In this document: in pieces, positions 25,407 through 36,469 of the stretch
How positions within the stretch are numbered: the first letter of the stretch is position 1
Layout of the letters: every line of letters begins with the position of its first letter
Assembly (NCBI RefSeq): GCF_963921235.1
Contig: NC_086097.1
Span: 62,746,001-62,810,000, forward strand
Source of the DNA: Mobula hypostoma
Taxonomy: Eukaryota
Length of the DNA: 64,000 nucleotides
Reading direction: 5' to 3'
Translations under genes and position numbers: made by a program
The notes under the pieces: model-generated
What the model was told of the DNA's origin: nothing
What the model saw: the letters and a program-made list of their open reading frames with translations, nothing else
Database searches by the model: none

Positions 25407-26257
25407 TCACCTTACTGACTCTAAATATTTCTGGGCCTGGAGACTCTAATGGAAGCATTTTTGTGATCCATCCTGCAGTGTAATTCTGAGCTTCGCCGGA
25501 TACAGTAGAGAAGTTTTTAAATCCTTGTTGAAGAACTCTGACATGACGTTTTTAAACTTAACACGCTCCCTCATAATCTCTGCTGAGAAATCTACAATGA
25601 TTCTAATCTTTTTTCCATTAAAATTAATTACACCTTTCCGATGAGATTCACGAATTATACGGTCCTTTGTTTGAAACTCATGAAAAGCGATTACCACTGA
25701 ACGAGGTTTGCTTGCAAACATTCTATTTCCAGGTACTCTGTGCGCTCAGTCGACCATTGGTGTCGATTTTAAAATATCAGGAAATAACTGAACCAGAAAG
25801 TTTGTAAAAAATTCTGTAGGACGATCACCTTCAGTTAACTCTTTGAGACCAAGAATTCGTACGTTATTCCTTCTATGTCTGTTTTCTAAATCAGTAATCT
25901 TCTGTCTTAGTTCGTTGTTAACCTTGGATTGTTTTTCATAACGCTTTTGCAGATCGTCCATTTTCTCATCCAGAATCGACACGATTTCTTCATTCTCTTT
26001 ATTCGTTTATCTTGCTCAGTTGAGATTTCTTGAATAGAATCCAGTTTTGTACTTAATTGTTTAATTTCAGAGCCAAGTTGTTGAAACTCTTCGGAGGATT
26101 CCTTCCTGAATCGTTAAAATTCCTCGGAGGATTCTTTTCTGAATCGCTGATTTTCCTCAGACGCTTCATTTCTGTGCTTTTGCATCAATTCGATAATAGC
26201 ATCCAAAGACGTAGAAGAATCTTCTTCTTTTTTACCTTTAGCAGTTCTTGTCGTCAT
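25407..26257 (-). pseudogene. L1 ORF1p (coiled coil, RRM, CTD), frameshifted
   Basis: ATG at 26257 (MTTRTAKGKKK), then DLENRHRRNNVRILGLKE, PRSVV, KIRIIVDFS and LLYPAKLRIT in successive fragments. Confidence 0.85.
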
Positions 26258-26603
26258 AGTGTCAAATCAGGTTGGAAAGTAAGAAAAGTAAAGTAAACTA
26301 GGAGCGGCTATATAATGCTGTTATTCCATCCACCGCCAGCAGGAAGTCTAATGGGGAGAATTTTGAGATTCACTTTGTACAGAGCTCATCAAATTTGGTA
26401 GAGCACTTGAGAGAAGTTTTCTGGAGCTGTCAATAGATATGACTGATTGGCTCAAAATTGACTTTGATTTGACTTTTCATTCACACATTGTTAGTTCCTG
26501 ACCTTGAAGCAATGTGGGCAATGTTAAGAAGCAATACAAGCTATTTTCAGCAGACCTACTATGTTTAAGAATGAATTTTAACCCTGCCCAACCTGTGGAA
26601 ACA

Positions 26604-26739
26604 GGGTCCTGCTGAAGGATCTCAGCCCAAAATGCCAACTGTACTTTTTTTCCATAGATGCTGCTTGGCCTGCTGAGTTCCTCCAGCATTTTGTGCGTGT
26701 TGCTTGGATTTCCAGCATCTGCAGATTTTCTCATTTGTG
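26604..26739 (+). mobile_element. Solo PLE pseudo-LTR with a decayed hammerhead motif
   Basis: gtcctgctgaaggatctcagcccaaaatg...tccatagatgctgcttggcctgctgagttcctccagcattttgtg...ctgcagattttctc. Confidence 0.8.
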
Positions 26740-27099
26740 AAGAGATGGTTAAGATTTCCTGTTCAGATGTTCAGATGTGACTTGAGATATCCCTGTCCAG
26801 TGACAATATAATCATGCTGCTTTCTGATTACAGAAGAGGTTTTCACCACATGAAAACAGGTACCTTATTCATATGTAGGTATTGAACTCACAGGACGTCA
26901 TTCAGATTGCAATGAGGTTTTAGCTGCAGGCCATCACAGCGATGCCACTGCTAAAATGATAGAAGTGCACTAGAAAGAAATTGAGGTTGGTCCCTGCCGT
27001 GGGACTTTATTGATCTTCCTCACTCATTAACCCATTCACCATGATCAGTATTTCTTGTCATATCAGGGGCCTTTCTCTGGGGTCTTCCATCACAGCCCA

Positions 27100-27690
27100 G
27101 TCCACCCAGACAAAGCCCTCCCCACCACTGAGCACACTTACATGGAGTGCTGCCACAAGAAATCAGCATTTATCATTAAATAATGGATCTAATCCAGGAC
27201 ATGCTCTCTTCTGACTACTACCATCAGGCAAGAGGTACAGGAGCCTTAGGTTTCACACAACCAGGTTCAGGAACAGTTATTCTCCTCCAAACATCAGACT
27301 CCTGAACCAGCATGGATAACTTTACTCACCACAAGTCTAAACCATGGTCCTGGAGGAATGTTGTTTTGTCTTTACTGTGTACTGTACCAGCAGTTTATGG
27401 TTGAAATGACAATAAAAAGTGACTTGACTTGACTTGAACCTGATTCTACAACCTACTGATTCACTATCAATTATCTTATTATTCACATTCTCAATATTAA
27501 GTTTTTATTTGCACAATTTGTCTTCTTTTACACATTGGTTATTGTCAATCTTTGTTTTGTATAACTTTTCATACATTCTATTAAACCTCTTTATTTTCCT
27601 GTAAATATCTACAAGGTAATGAAGTTCAAAGTACTACATTGTAACGTATACATACTTTGATAATAAATTCACTTTAAGCTTTGAAATTTG
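27100..27690 (+). mobile_element. Rex1/Babar-like LINE 3' end with a small nested (gactt)n-tailed insertion
   Basis: ccatcaggcaagaggtacaggagccttagg...accaggttcaggaacag (PSGKRYRSL...TRFRNS) and 3' UTR. Confidence 0.7.
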
Positions 27691-28459
27691 AACTTCACTG
27701 GTGACCTCCTGCTGTGGAAAGTACTCCTGTCTCCTGACTATCTAATGATGCCATTAGCTTCAAGCTCAAATTCACCCTAGGACACAAGAGCCTTGCGCTC
27801 AAATTAGTATGGACACCCCCATTCACTCCCTTCACCCAGGCCTAAGGTAAAATTGGATCTTCAGCCTACATAAACATAAACACTAGCTATAATGAAAAAC
27901 ACAATTGTGGTCATCATTTTAATATTATTTATCTTTTTTAAATGTTATAAGGATAATAAACTATCAAATACTATTTGCTTTGTACAAGTGATTAACTGAC
28001 ATTTAAAAAAGCTGCAAATAAAAATATTTAAATGAGACTGCATTTTATTCGGAAAAGAATCTACCACTTTTGAACATCGAGATTTTCATGTATAAATGAT
28101 GGAAAAAGTGAGCATACATCTATGGCAGAATATTCACTTTAAAACTTATGTAAATCAGATATTTACTTGTTATTTGTAAAGATAGAGTCTCGTGAAATCA
28201 GGATTACGTTAGAGGATTCCTGCAGATCTTTTATACGTTGCAGTTGAAATCAATTTGCAATGTGGCACAAACCTCAGTACAAAAATGAATTCTGTTTCAA
28301 TTAAATAATTCTAAATGTCTGGCAAATACTGATTATTGATCTCATCATTCCACAGGGCTTCTTTATTTACGGCTTTCTGCGTAGTCTGGAACAAGAATTC
28401 CTGCATTTTCTGTGACAAGCATTGAAGCCTATCATATGTACTTGCGTTAGATTAATTGG

Positions 28460-28546
28460 CAAACAACAGGAATTCTGCAGATGCTGGAAATTCAAGCAAC
28501 ACCCATCAAAGTTGCTGCGTTCACCAGCAACTTTGATGTGTGTTGC
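28460..28546. mobile_element. 87-bp fold-back insertion of the young PLE terminus
   Basis: caaacaacaggaattctgcagatgctggaaattcaagcaacac..., then its partial reverse complement; TSD ttagattaattgg at 28447-28459 and 28547-28559. Confidence 0.9.
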
Positions 28547-28959
28547 TTAGATTAATTGGTAAGGTTTCATAACAAATTGCTGAGTAAATACTATTTAAAA
28601 CAGTGTTAACCATGCAACAATCAATTGCTATAAACCAGTCTGAGCTCCTAGGGCTGCAGTATTAACCGAGAACGGAAACTGAGTAAAATGCAAAATCTTT
28701 AATTCCACCTGTCCCAAGTATATCTGGTTGGTGCCTCCCCTTTGTGCTATTTAAAAAAAAACATCACAGATGAATCAGTAAGAAAGGATGAGCGGAAGTA
28801 ATTAATCAGCGAGGCTCTTTATAAAACAACGATAAGGTTGTAGGTGTCCAAAGGCTTTGCAAGGTCCCGCAATTAAGGAGGAGCTTTCTAGCTACCTCTG
28901 TTCAGTCATGATATGAAGAGGTCATAGTATCACAGTCCTAATTAGATTATAGAGCAACT

Positions 28960-29680
28960 CCACAAGCATATATAACACCCAGATATTTCATACATCGTCT
29001 GTGACTGCTCCATCTGCTGTTCAAGGTGATCATTTAGTTTTTTCAATGTGCTGAACAATCTGTTGAAGAGAGGCACAAACAAGATTTCCACCATTGTTAT
29101 TAAAGGCCTTGGGTTTGCTCCCATATAGATCAAGAATATGTGTAATCTCTCCCAGTGATTTAGTGCTTGAAGTCCAGGTAGATGCTACTAAATCTATTGT
29201 GCATCCAAAACAAATAAATATTTCTGAAGTGATGATGCCCAGAATTTTGCACGTGTAGGATAACCAGCTGCAGTGTGATTGATATCCTGTGATTTCTGAA
29301 AATGATGTCTGGACCACTATGCATATTGTGTTTCTGAGCCTGGATGGTGACATCAGCAGCTTCTGAACTTCAATGAATACTGCAGCATAAGAGAATTACG
29401 ATACTAGTTCATCGGACTGCTACTTTGTTATCAGGAAGCAAAGGAAGTCACCTGTTTGCTTTGATGAACAAGATGCCTGTGACCTATTTGATAAGCTTGT
29501 AAACTGACGTTGTTGTCCTTGTAATGACCTAGAGTAACTAGAACATTAACTAGAGTGGTAACCTACTGTATGTAAGGTACCCTTCTCCTGGAGACTAACG
29601 TAAAGCATATAATCAACCTTGGTCAGGCTGAAAGCAGACTTCGTCTTCAGCAAATTTTCCAGTCAGCATCTCCCAAGTTC
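28960..29680 (-). pseudogene. Very degraded PIF/Harbinger (HARBI1-like) transposase fossil
   Basis: Colinear decayed motifs on the minus strand: C.RR.L.FS, VTTLVN...GSLQG, IK*VTGILFIK, FRN..GY.S..QLV, LFSTLKK. Confidence 0.45.
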
Positions 29681-30847
29681 CTGAAAATTTCAAGGAGGGA
29701 GCAACATTCCTTCCATTGCTCTTATCTGAATGAAAGTTTTAGCCATCAAACTGAAGCTGCTCCCCTTTAAGGATTTGTTTCTTGAAAGGTCAGGATAGGG
29801 TTTTAATTTCCAGTACAAATAAGAGACTGAGAGCTACACAGTGACTATGCATAAAATAGCACATTGCTTGGGGAGTTATTAACATGCAAGATAATGTATT
29901 TGAAGTAAATAGGAAGTCTTAAGTGCAGGCAACCCTCTAAAGGTAAATCACAGGCTAAAATCTTCTCTGCAAATTAAGAGGTACTAGTCTTTAATGAAGG
30001 TGATAATTGACCCAGTCTCTGAGCTTCCATTCAGTGATGTTTGATTCCCTCACAGTAAATGGGGGAACGTGCTAGTGAATAATTAGCTGTTAATCTTTTG
30101 TTTGATGCACAGCACAGTATTTTGAATTTACCTTTGCTTTCTGACATAATTTATTCAAATTTCCATCTTAACAATTATACAAATATGTTTTTCTCCACAT
30201 TTTCCCCCAGTATTGCTATTTAGAATTTTAAAAATGAGTATTTAATTTTGTCTACATTTAATTGGGATGATTTTCATTATGCTACATTTCTTGTTTCAAT
30301 ATATTGCAAGGTCACTAAAAGTGTCACTTGCCAATATATTTCATAATTGGCACAGAAGAGAAACAGCACTGATTCCATTTTGCCTTTTGCTGGTAATAAC
30401 ATACACCCATTTTTGTCGCATTAGAGGCAGCCACATTAGTGTGAACTCCAAGCACTATAATACATTCCAGCCCCATGTAAAACAGAAAATGATAGGAACG
30501 CTCAGCAGATTCTGCAGTGAAAAGTGAGAGAGAACAATTAGCGGGCTGCATTTTATACAAAGAGTGGTGGGCTGAGCTTGGATTCCCTACAAATTTATAA
30601 GATTCTGAAACCCTAATCTGATCTATGTGTACTGGATTTTCATTTATGTGATGCTCTACTCAGGCTACCAGAGTTATTTAAATAAATACACCTTGCTTAT
30701 TGAGGACGGTGTGACCGTGCGACACAATTACAGAGGTAGTGTAGGTATTCCAAATGACTCACCTCTAACTGCTTTTATTTGTTTATAATGAACACAGGGC
30801 AAGCTACAGGAGGCCTCATCACTACCAGGAGATGACTTGACAATCTA

Positions 30848-32424
30848 CAGTTGAAGTCAGAAGTTTACATACACCTTAGCCAAATACATTTAAACTCAAT
30901 ATTTTCCACAATTCCTGACATCTAGTCCTAGGAAACATTCCTTGTCTTAGCTCAGTTAGGATCACTAGTTTATTTTAAGAATGTGAAATGTCAGAATAAT
31001 AGTAGAGAGAATGATTTATTTCAGCTTTTATTTCTTTCATCACTTTCCCAGTAGGTCAGAAGTTTATATACTCTTTGTTAGTATTTGGCAGCATTGCCTT
31101 TAAATTGTTTAACTTGGGTCAAACGTTTTAGGCAGCCTTCCACAAGCTTGTCACAGTAAGTTGCTGGAATTTTGTTCCATTCCTCCAGCCAGAACTGGTG
31201 TAACTGAGTCAGGTTTGTAGGCCTCCTTGTTCGCACACGCTTTTTCAGTTCTGCTCACAAATTTTCTATCGGATTGAGGACAGAAAATGTTGTCAATTCT
31301 GGTTCATCCTTGGGAGCAATTTATTTGCGACCGAGCTTTAACTTGCTGGCTGATGTCTTGAGATGCTGCTTCAATATATCCACATAATTTTCCTTCCTCA
31401 TGATGCTATCTATTTTGTGAAGTGCACCAGTCCCTCCTGCAGCAAAGCACCCCTACAACATGATGCTGCCACCCCCATGCTTCACGGTTGGGATGGTATT
31501 CTTCGGCTTGCAAGCCTCACCCTTTTTCCTCCAAACATAACGATGGTCATTATGGCCAAACAGTTCAATTTTTGTTTCATCAGACCAGAGGACATTTCTC
31601 CAAAAAGTAAGATCTTTGTCCCCATGTGCACTTGCAAACTGTAGTCTGGCTTTTTTATGGCAGTTTTGGAGCAGTGGCTTCTTCCTTGCTGAGCAGCCTT
31701 TCAGGTATGTCGATATAGGACTCGTTTTACTGTGGATATAGACACTTGTCTACCTGTTTCCTCCAGCGTCTTCACAAGGTCCTTTGTTGTTGTTCTGGGA
31801 TTGATTTGCACTTTTTGCGCCAAAGTACATTCATCTCTAGGAGACAGAATGTGTCTCCTTCCTGAGCGGTATGAGGACTGCGTGGTCCCATGGTGTTTAT
31901 ACTTGCGTACTATTGTTTGTATAGATGAATGTGGTACCTTCAGGCATTTGGAAATTGCTCCCAAGGATGAACCAGACTTGACTTCATTTTCTGACATCAA
32001 TCTGATAGAGAATTTGTGGGCAGAACTGAAAAAGTCTTTGCGAGCAAGGAGGCCTACAAACCTGACTCAGTTACACCAGTTCTGTCTGGAGGAATGGAAC
32101 AAAATTCCAGCAACTTACTGTGAGAAGCTTGTGGAAGGCTATCCAAAATGTTTGACCCAAGTTAAACAATTTAAAGGCAATGCTACCAAATACTAACACA
32201 GCGTATGTAAACTTCTAACCCACTGGGAAAGTGATGAAAGAAATAAAAGCTGAAATAAATCATTCTCTCTACTATTATTCTGACATTCCACATTCTTAAA
32301 ATAAAGTAGTGATCCTAACTGACCTGAGACAGAGAATGTTTTCTAGGATTAAATGTCAGGAATTGTGAAACACTGAGTTTAAATGTGTTTGGCTAAGGTG
32401 TATGTAAACTTCTGACTTCAACTG
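30848..32424 (-). mobile_element. Sleeping Beauty-family Tc1 transposon, rearranged and non-autonomous
   Basis: Termini cagttgaagtcagaagtttacatacac at both ends; TA on the left flank and TG on the right. Transposase pieces KSGSSLGAISK...VKRVLYRH, WSDETK, KHGGGSIML and NLWAELKK...KGNATKY. Confidence 0.95.
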
Positions 32425-32439
32425 TGTGTTGTCTCTAAC

Positions 32440-32705
32440 AAAAACATAAAACATAGATCACTACAGAGAATGCTGGTGCTTTGGCCCACAATGTTATGAC
32501 AACCTTTTAACCTACTGTAAGATAAATCTTAGCCTTACCTCCTATATAGCCCTCCTTTTTTCTATCATCCATGTGCTATCTAAGAGTCACTAAAATATTC
32601 TATGTCTATCTATCTCTGCCATGACCTCTGACAGCGTATTTCACACAACCACCAGTCTTTGTGTAAACAAACTCTGACATCACCCCTATACCTTCCTCCA
32701 AATAC
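32440..32705 (-). mobile_element. CR1 3' end fragment
   Basis: aaacataaaacatag tail and ttggcccacaatgtt, as in other CR1 3' ends in this window. Confidence 0.6.
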
Positions 32706-33011
32706 CTTCAAAATAAAACACAGAATATTAAAGCACAATATGGGCTAACTGCCTCTGATTTTACCTGCTCTGCAGGTCTAACTGCTGATAGTTGTACTCC
32801 CTGACTCTTGAAAGATCCAACAGATGAAGGAAGAAGGGAAGTTTGGAAAGAGGCTTGCTACATATTTCCCTGAAGGTGTTGAGGAACAGGTGTGCTTCAT
32901 TCCGTCAAGCTCCCCACCGTTCGACCGCACGATCAATCACACCGAAAAATGGATTCAAAACGATAGAAATCACCCTGAGATCAGAGCACCATCACGATTA
33001 GGGATCAGAAT

Positions 33012-33751
33012 CTTTGTGTGTAGGGTTGATTGCAAACATTTTGTCACCAGTCAAGGTAATATCATCAATGCACAACTGAGTGTTCACATTTATATTGGTC
33101 AGACAACTTTTTTTTTGGATTGGTTGGCTGTTGCGCAGGCCCCTAGCCTCCGCTGGGCCGCGGCCAGCTGGATAGCTGAGTGGAGACTGCCCCAAACACT
33201 ATGTAGGACAGATGGGGAGAAGACTGTCCACTGGCCTACATGAACAACAGCTAACCTTAAGAAGACACAATCCTCTGTCAAGAAGGAGACAAGTTATCTG
33301 GGAAACTACAAAATTTCTGGCAGAAGCACAAAACAAAAAATCAAGATCACTCTTTGAAGCTTGATTCTCAAAGGAAGACTCTATTAACAAGCTTATTGAA
33401 CTGGATGCAATTTATGAACCTGTATATCTGCTTGATTGGGCTGAGGGGTGAGCCATGAACACCCGGGGAACCAAGGCTCACAATGATTGATACCCAGTGG
33501 TATGGCCAGCAGAGATCACTCAGCTATCCAGTTGGCCGGGACCGAGCGGAGACCAGTGGCCAGCACAACAGCCAACCAATCAGAACAACAAGTCGGACCA
33601 ATATAAACATGAGCACACGGTAGAAACAGCACTCAATTGCACACTGATAATGTCACCTCAACTGGTGATGAAACATTTGCGGCCTACCCTCCAGCCTCGA
33701 CGAACAACCATACAAACAAGCAGCCAACCCGAGCTACCAATCTTTCGAACA
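33012..33751 (+). mobile_element. Second Penelope-like family (Poseidon-like): inverted pLTR, GIY-YIG fragment, direct pLTR
   Basis: ~33185-33422 translates (with frameshifts) DCPKHYVGQMGRRLSTGLHEQQL...WETTKFLAEAQNKKSRSLFEA*FSKEDSINKLIELDAIYEP. 33020-33180 is an inverted copy of ~33518-33690. Possible TSD gatcag(a/g)at. Confidence 0.8.
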
Positions 33752-36119
33752 GATCAGGATGTATCTTCTCTGGAGTAGGTCCTCTACCTGACTCTAGTGA
33801 TCTCCGTCCACGTGTTTGAATGTTCACTCCAATTGTCATTTAGGTCACCATGTTGACTACTTCTCCTGGACTCTCTGGGTGTGAGAATTCAAGGACTGCC
33901 CAGCTCTGGGATCAAAACCCCTTCAAACTGGTGGCTCAGGCTTGTTAACTTTTTGCGATCCTCCTTGTTGACTGGAAGTAAAACCTGCCAATGATGGTTG
34001 CAACAAATGAAGAAATTATCAACATGTGCAGTCAAATTGAGAATGCATTATCTTGGGCGGGGGGGGGACCTAAACTTTTGGGTGTCAGTTTTGAAACTTT
34101 TCTTCATCTGCTGTATTCAGCCTTGATGTGCAAATATCCATACTGAGCAGGCACACAGAAGTTAAGCAAACATAGGAGCCAAGATACTGAGTTGCTGTAC
34201 TAGGTTGGGCTGGGTTAGCAATGGGGGAAAGGTAATGGGGAAAGAAGACGGCAAAAAATACTGAAGGCAAGGGACATTAAATGAATGGACCCAGTTATAT
34301 GAAAACATTTGCAGTATTGATATGGGTTCTGAAATGCCATGGAGCATCCGACCAAAGGATAAGGTGCTTGTGCTTCAGCTTCCGTGCAGGATGAGATAGG
34401 GCAGCGAATTGAAGTGGCACGCATCACATTTCAGACTGAAAAGAGGTGTTCCGCAAAGCGGGCACCCCAATCGGCATTTTTTACCCTGAATGGTTAAGAT
34501 GACTATGTCATGAACAACCAAAACTGTACATTAGAATACTTATGCAATAACTTTCCAAAAGAAAGTAGGCTGACATGACAGGCTAGCAATGCTCATGCAT
34601 AATGCCCTTTTTTGCAATTCTGCACATATTATCTTCATTAAGGAGACAACAATCTGTGCGCATATGATAATGATCCCTCTCCTAACAAACTGAAATCAAA
34701 GCAGTGTAGATATTTCACTTTCCTTCATGACCCCATCATGTTCTGCACGCACATGGCCTGTATGAACACCCACACTCTGTTATATATATCAAACCAACAT
34801 CTTCAAAGTGGAAAAGGTCACCAGCACATTTCAGAGGCAATTCAATTTAAAGATTAATAAATGCAGTTCCCTGGGACAGCATCATGTCTAGCTCTGACTC
34901 TAAAATGTTTTCTTAGTAAAGTGTGGATTTGGAAAAAAAAATACTGCGCTTATCTTACCATAGTGCATGGATAAGGTGCTACAAATTGAACTACTGTATA
35001 TAAAATTTTCTAAACTCAGTATTTCAAGAATGGATAAACTCAAGGGATACCGAGAGAGCAGGTTCAGTTTTCTCTGCAGCAACATACACTCAGACAAGCT
35101 GTAGAACAAAGCCCAAGCTACTTGACTTGTCTGGTGTGCTTCCAATCAAGGTCTTTATGATGGCATGTCAGCAGAAAGAGTGGCCATGAGGCAGGGTACC
35201 AGTTCTAAACAATGAATCTGTGCACTTTTTACATTGAAAATACTGAAAACAAATAGTATAGTCATTGGATTACATTATATTAAATTGAATAGATTTATAA
35301 ATTAACAGCCTGAGAAGGAAGCATCCTAAAAGTTTATATCTTCACCAATCCATATTTTAATATACTTTTTTGGATCTTCTTTGCCCTTCCTTCTCATCAG
35401 ATCATCAGACAATGATTAAGTTAAAAAAAATCAGAACCCTTTGCTGGCTCAGAGGCATTATGTAGTGAGTAGTTGGGGCAAAGTTTGCTAAAGGCTCACA
35501 GGATCCATTATCGGTTTGTCCCATAGTAACTGAGTTCAGCCACTGTGACCTCCAATTGGCCTCCTCACTGCTGTGTTACTGAAGGGAACACATTAGGTTT
35601 CCAATTCAGAATGACACAGTTGTTATTGAGTGTACATGTTTGTGAAACCTTAAGTCCTGTGGAGCAGAGCCAACTCCAGAGCTCTGTTGGTCAGTTACTC
35701 AAATGTCAAGATCAATCCCAGTCATCAGAGGCTCCCAGGATTGAGTCAGTATACCCACTCTTACAGATCTTGGCAGAAATAAAGTGTGCATGCATCAGAA
35801 CTCCCAAACTGAGTCATGTTCCACAATTACAATTGTAATGAATTGATAAATATAAGAAATAAAGAAATCTTCACTTAAAATTTGCATTCTTAAGAATGTT
35901 AGAGAAGTTTTCCAGGCCTGATAATCATCTATTAATGTTTTCTAAAGGAAAATCTGTAACTGAATTTTTACCACCACAGATATTCAATTACTACAGACAT
36001 ACAAATTAGGAGCAGAAGTAAGATGTATCACCCTTTAAGCATTTAATAAGAACATTGTTTGACTGATTATAACTCCAAATCCACATTCCCATCCACCCAC
36101 AGTAACATTTCATCCTCTT

Positions 36120-36440
36120 GCTCTGACAGCCTCCAATGCACATGCACTCACAGTTACCATTGCAAACATCAGGTCAGTCTTCCGGAGACAGAATCCATGG
36201 AAAGCATCTGGCCTAGGTGGAGTCTCCAACTGTGTCCTATGATCCACGTGAGGATCAGCTGACAGGGTACTTGTCGACATATTTAACCTCTCTCTCAGTA
36301 TTCTGAGGTTCCCACCTACCTGCCGAAGGCAACTATCATCCTGGTACCAAAAAAAAATAAGGTAATGTGCCTTAAAGACTACTGACAGTGCCTCTGACAT
36401 CCATTGTCAGGAAGTGCTTTGGGAGCCCAGTCAAGACACA
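36120..36440 (+). mobile_element. Rex1/Babar-like RT fragment
   Basis: KASGLGGV...DQL...DIFNLSL-like decayed RT N-terminus. Confidence 0.6.
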
Positions 36441-36469
36441 CATAATCTCACAATAGTCTGAAAATGTGA

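Larger units (their letters stand above)
17560..26349 (-). mobile_element. Full-length, inactivated L1 LINE (~5.65 kb without its two nested PLE insertions)
   Basis: 15-bp TSD aatggggagaatttt at 17545-17559 and 26350-26364; A-rich tail from 17560; ORF1 and ORF2 motifs all in order on the minus strand. Confidence 0.95.

Noticed and set aside
17717..28546. Recurrent identical ~45-bp sequence suggesting a CRISPR-like or regularly spaced repeat
   Set aside because: These are dispersed PLE termini kilobases apart, each with its own TSD, in eukaryotic DNA; no spacer periodicity and no cas genes.
31732..32196. 154-aa plus-strand ORF ending in the Tc1 C-terminus
   Set aside because: Chimera of antisense transposase sequence and the duplicated C-terminal arm; no DDE core.
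32824..33243. 139-aa ORF
   Set aside because: Its second half runs through the inverted PLE pLTR, and the first half has no recognisable homology or convincing splice sites.
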